Shown: positions 41,701 to 42,711 of the stretch, one piece after another
Layout: each line of letters starts with the position of its first letter
How positions within the stretch are numbered: the first letter of the stretch is position 1
DNA from: a virus
Length of the DNA stretch: 42,711 bases
Direction: 5' to 3' (one strand)
IMG/VR virus record: IMGVR_UViG_3300025520_000003
Location: 1-42,711 of that record
Made by a program: the position numbers and the translations under genes
The notes under the pieces: generated by a model
What the model saw: only the letters and a program-made list of their open reading frames with translations
Told to the model about the DNA's origin: nothing
The model's database searches: none

Positions 41701-42412
41701 CACCGCTATTTAAGACAAGCTGACCACCACTAACAACAGCAGAGCCTCCATTCGAAGATAGGTCGTTCCATTTTGCCGTATCTAGTGAAGAAGGAAAGTT
41801 ATCATAAAAACCTGCCGAAACAACAGGCATAATGTTTGCTGAAAATTGTACCCAAGGCGACAATGTTACGTCGGTGCTACCAGACGTTAAATCTGCACCT
41901 GTAGCAAAACGGTCGATTACAACACCATAAGATGTCGTTACGGTATTATTTGCACGATACCCAATCTCTACAACAATTCTGTCACCTTTTTGCATTGATA
42001 CGGCAGACAGTGTTTTAGCTCCTTCTGTCCGACCCGTGCTTGTTGTGGGAAACTCAGTTGCACCAATATTATCAGAGAGCAGTGTACCTCTCACTGTGTT
42101 CGATGGCGTCATTACATAAGCATGTACGTGATAAAAGGCATTCATGGCCAAGTCGGTTTCCCTAACAGCAAAGAGCCACTCGATAGTATCAGAAGCTGTA
42201 AATGAGTATGCCTCAAGCGGCTCAGTTACCAACGTCATCATTAAAACGTCCCATGCGTTTGTTGCCGAAGTTTCAAGATATGTAGCCTGGGAACTTCCAG
42301 CTTTATGGAATCCTAGATTCCTATATATCACCGAAGCGGTTGAATCCCATGCACCACGGTTAGTTGGTGTTGTAGAAGCTGCGGTATTATTTGGATAAAG
42401 CCTAGTTGCCAT
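38762..42412 (-). CDS. large tail tip / tail-associated protein with tandem lectin-like (LamG/ConA-like) domains
   Basis: 1216 aa, lying directly after Dit. Two paralogous domains of about 190 aa are present (FYDNFPSS..AKWNDL...LRIRESGGTIFWDSS and ISDNFDDN..AKWTAF...LQIRESGGTTYWETS). Three TKTQPA repeats follow, then a C-terminal tail-protein-like region of about 570 aa. Confidence 0.65.
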   Translation of the reverse strand: MATRLYPNNTAASTTPTNRGAWDSTASVIYRNLGFHKAGSSQATYLETSATNAWDVLMMTLVTEPLEAYSFTASDTIEWLFAVRETDLAMNAFYHVHAYVMTPSNTVRGTLLSDNIGATEFPTTSTGRTEGAKTLSAVSMQKGDRIVVEIGYRANNTVTTSYGVVIDRFATGADLTSGSTDVTLSPWVQFSANIMPVVSAGFYDNFPSSLDTAKWNDLSSNGGSAVVSGGQLVLNSGVADGEGIISSDHPYSLIGSSLSTYVSADVSVGTTVNHIFALRSYPTTSVAGQYIAWEITRSGSTRTLAAVSYNVAGTKTTHYSTTSIGTTYTGYLRIRESGGTIFWDSSPDNMTWTALASTASSGLAIRPEGMYPSLRTQSPSNITSYWDSINYSSSIENISDNFDDNSIDVAKWTAFNSPSEASNKLDITTTLGGIYRGLTSKLYYDLTSASVNVEVVSAGNQSLVSLEVYPLNLYQSGNTNSIFFLIAGGALIAYRRVNGVSTQLATTTYNSTNHRWLQIRESGGTTYWETSANGTSWSTLHSATNPIHVGQLLVEISAGTYAAEATTTTVTFDNLNVLPVTLTKTQPATAQIANDVTKTQPAIGHVATNPTKTQPAAAVIAGSGELTQTASAWIVETGDIQKTHLYKMFAGGQYLGLLPNVTSEFGFSQDMNTLGTQIAVEVGVSADTSNLAATDTLLEEDGDVLQTEDDEDLTTEGAVNLVGVGVSTETLIRNANRLEVWEYSKYHPNGKRMFIGTVERWEAEFGTGKEGIRLYAYSEGQDMNNYLVTGSPYVNDVSQTTQTANTVIQNNIGGTGTYSQFGQTWEVGASVTNLGAIDLMLDGQADVTVKVYSSVPTNPTSGTPIGVTTVAVDTTGPEVVQMAFSTPITTTPGATYFFAASVASGQSIKIHYEDTNIYADGSMYVSSFGGGGGSTNWIITPIGAIPDSDLYFRTYRNAGETTAIFASQDPTVDMAVTILDTYNAQGGRITYSLTSIDATGLSVPYTFNTQRVSDGMRTILDLAPSDFYYYVDVGDSEFFFKERSTTPDIYVTKGAEINSLRVVATIENLSNSLYFSGGDDGSGFNLYKTYDDPTSISFYGRRVGIKSDGRVTLDATADAIGNSYIDENKDEQFQTILELVDGMMDITLLKPGMTVGFQGFGSFVDSLVLQIVRLEYRPQKATLLLGALPPQINKSIEQTVRDVQNLQTIANPASPS
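40566..40691 (-). repeat. three tandem 42-nt (14-aa) repeats inside the tail tip gene
   Basis: gcaggctg(a/c)g(t)tttagt cores lie at 40566, 40608 and 40650. The peptide units are TKTQPATAQIANDV, TKTQPAIGHVATNP and TKTQPAAAVIAGSG. Confidence 0.8.
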
Positions 42413-42419
42413 CTCTAAT

Positions 42420-42711
42420 CTACTTCCAATACCTGTAATGAATCAAATCATAGTCCATCGTTCGTGCCGTAAAGTCATCACCGTAATATGCGGTCTGTGC
42501 GCCACGTTCAAACTCAGGAAATGCGCCGCTGAAGTTCTGTTCAGCACCATTCAGAAGAATCTTTCGCTCAACGACGTTAAAGGCCAATACGTCACCGCTG
42601 GCAAAGTCTGCCGTCACCTGTAGTTGTTGGCCAGTGGCGTTGTTTCCAAAGGTCACAGTCTTGTTCGTGCCGTCCGCAATAGAGCTGTATGAGATTGTCA
42701 GGATAGGGAGC
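42420..42711 (-). CDS. distal tail protein (Dit)-like, 3' part (the same gene as 1..609)
   Basis: The stop codon is at 42420-42422. The frame is open to the window end and continuous with 1..609 through the overlap. Confidence 0.7.
   Translation of the reverse strand, partial: LPILTISYSSIADGTNKTVTFGNNATGQQLQVTADFASGDVLAFNVVERKILLNGAEQNFSGAFPEFERGAQTAYYGDDFTARTMDYDLIHYRYWK
42585..42711. repeat. terminal overlap copy 2 (identical to 1..127)
   Basis: Confirmed by direct comparison with nt 1-127. Confidence 0.95.

Noticed and set aside
1-42711. Search for CRISPR arrays, integrase or att sites, transposase or IS elements, retron or DGR reverse transcriptase, and toxin-antitoxin pairs
   Set aside because: I saw no repeat-spacer periodicity, no tyrosine or serine recombinase motifs, no reverse-transcriptase motifs and no inverted-repeat-bounded transposase ORF. 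The only long exact repeat is the 127-nt end overlap.

Overview
The window is a complete, circularly closed dsDNA tailed-phage genome. The first 127 nt (1..127) are identical to the last 127 nt (42585..42711), giving a unique length of 42,584 bp. That overlap splits the distal-tail-protein gene. About 75% of the genome is one long minus-strand gene train. It starts in a divergent control region at about 29.3-30.3 kb. In transcription order it carries: a ParB-like protein; about 25 small early ORFans; a membrane GT2 glycosyltransferase; a six-tRNA array; a roughly 650-nt largely non-coding region rich in DnaA boxes; an HNH endonuclease; a replisome-organizer-like gene; TerS and TerL; a Mu-like head module (DUF935 portal, Mu-F, gpI protease/scaffold, DUF2190, major capsid); an unusual fibre-containing insert; connectors; a siphovirus tail module (tube, G/GT chaperone with an A9 -1 frameshift site, tape measure, Dit, a 1216-aa tip protein, an HxH fibre); and a lysis cassette (amidase_2 endolysin, holin) followed by a VRR-NUC nuclease. 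A consensus TTGACA-N17-TATAAT promoter drives a plus-strand module at 30.3-35.4 kb. It holds Gp157-like, RecT, YqaJ exonuclease, an HTH protein, a possible DUF4868/KwaB-like protein, a J-domain protein and others, and it ends at a terminator convergent with the minus-strand train. I recognised no integrase, CI-type repressor, DNA polymerase, helicase, primase, SSB, spanin or CRISPR array. The most interesting items are the phage-borne processive-type GT2 synthase with a coupled micro-protein, the tRNA array with two non-canonical members, the DnaA-box clusters, and the possible KwaB-like and J-domain genes. All family assignments come from motif recall, not database searches.
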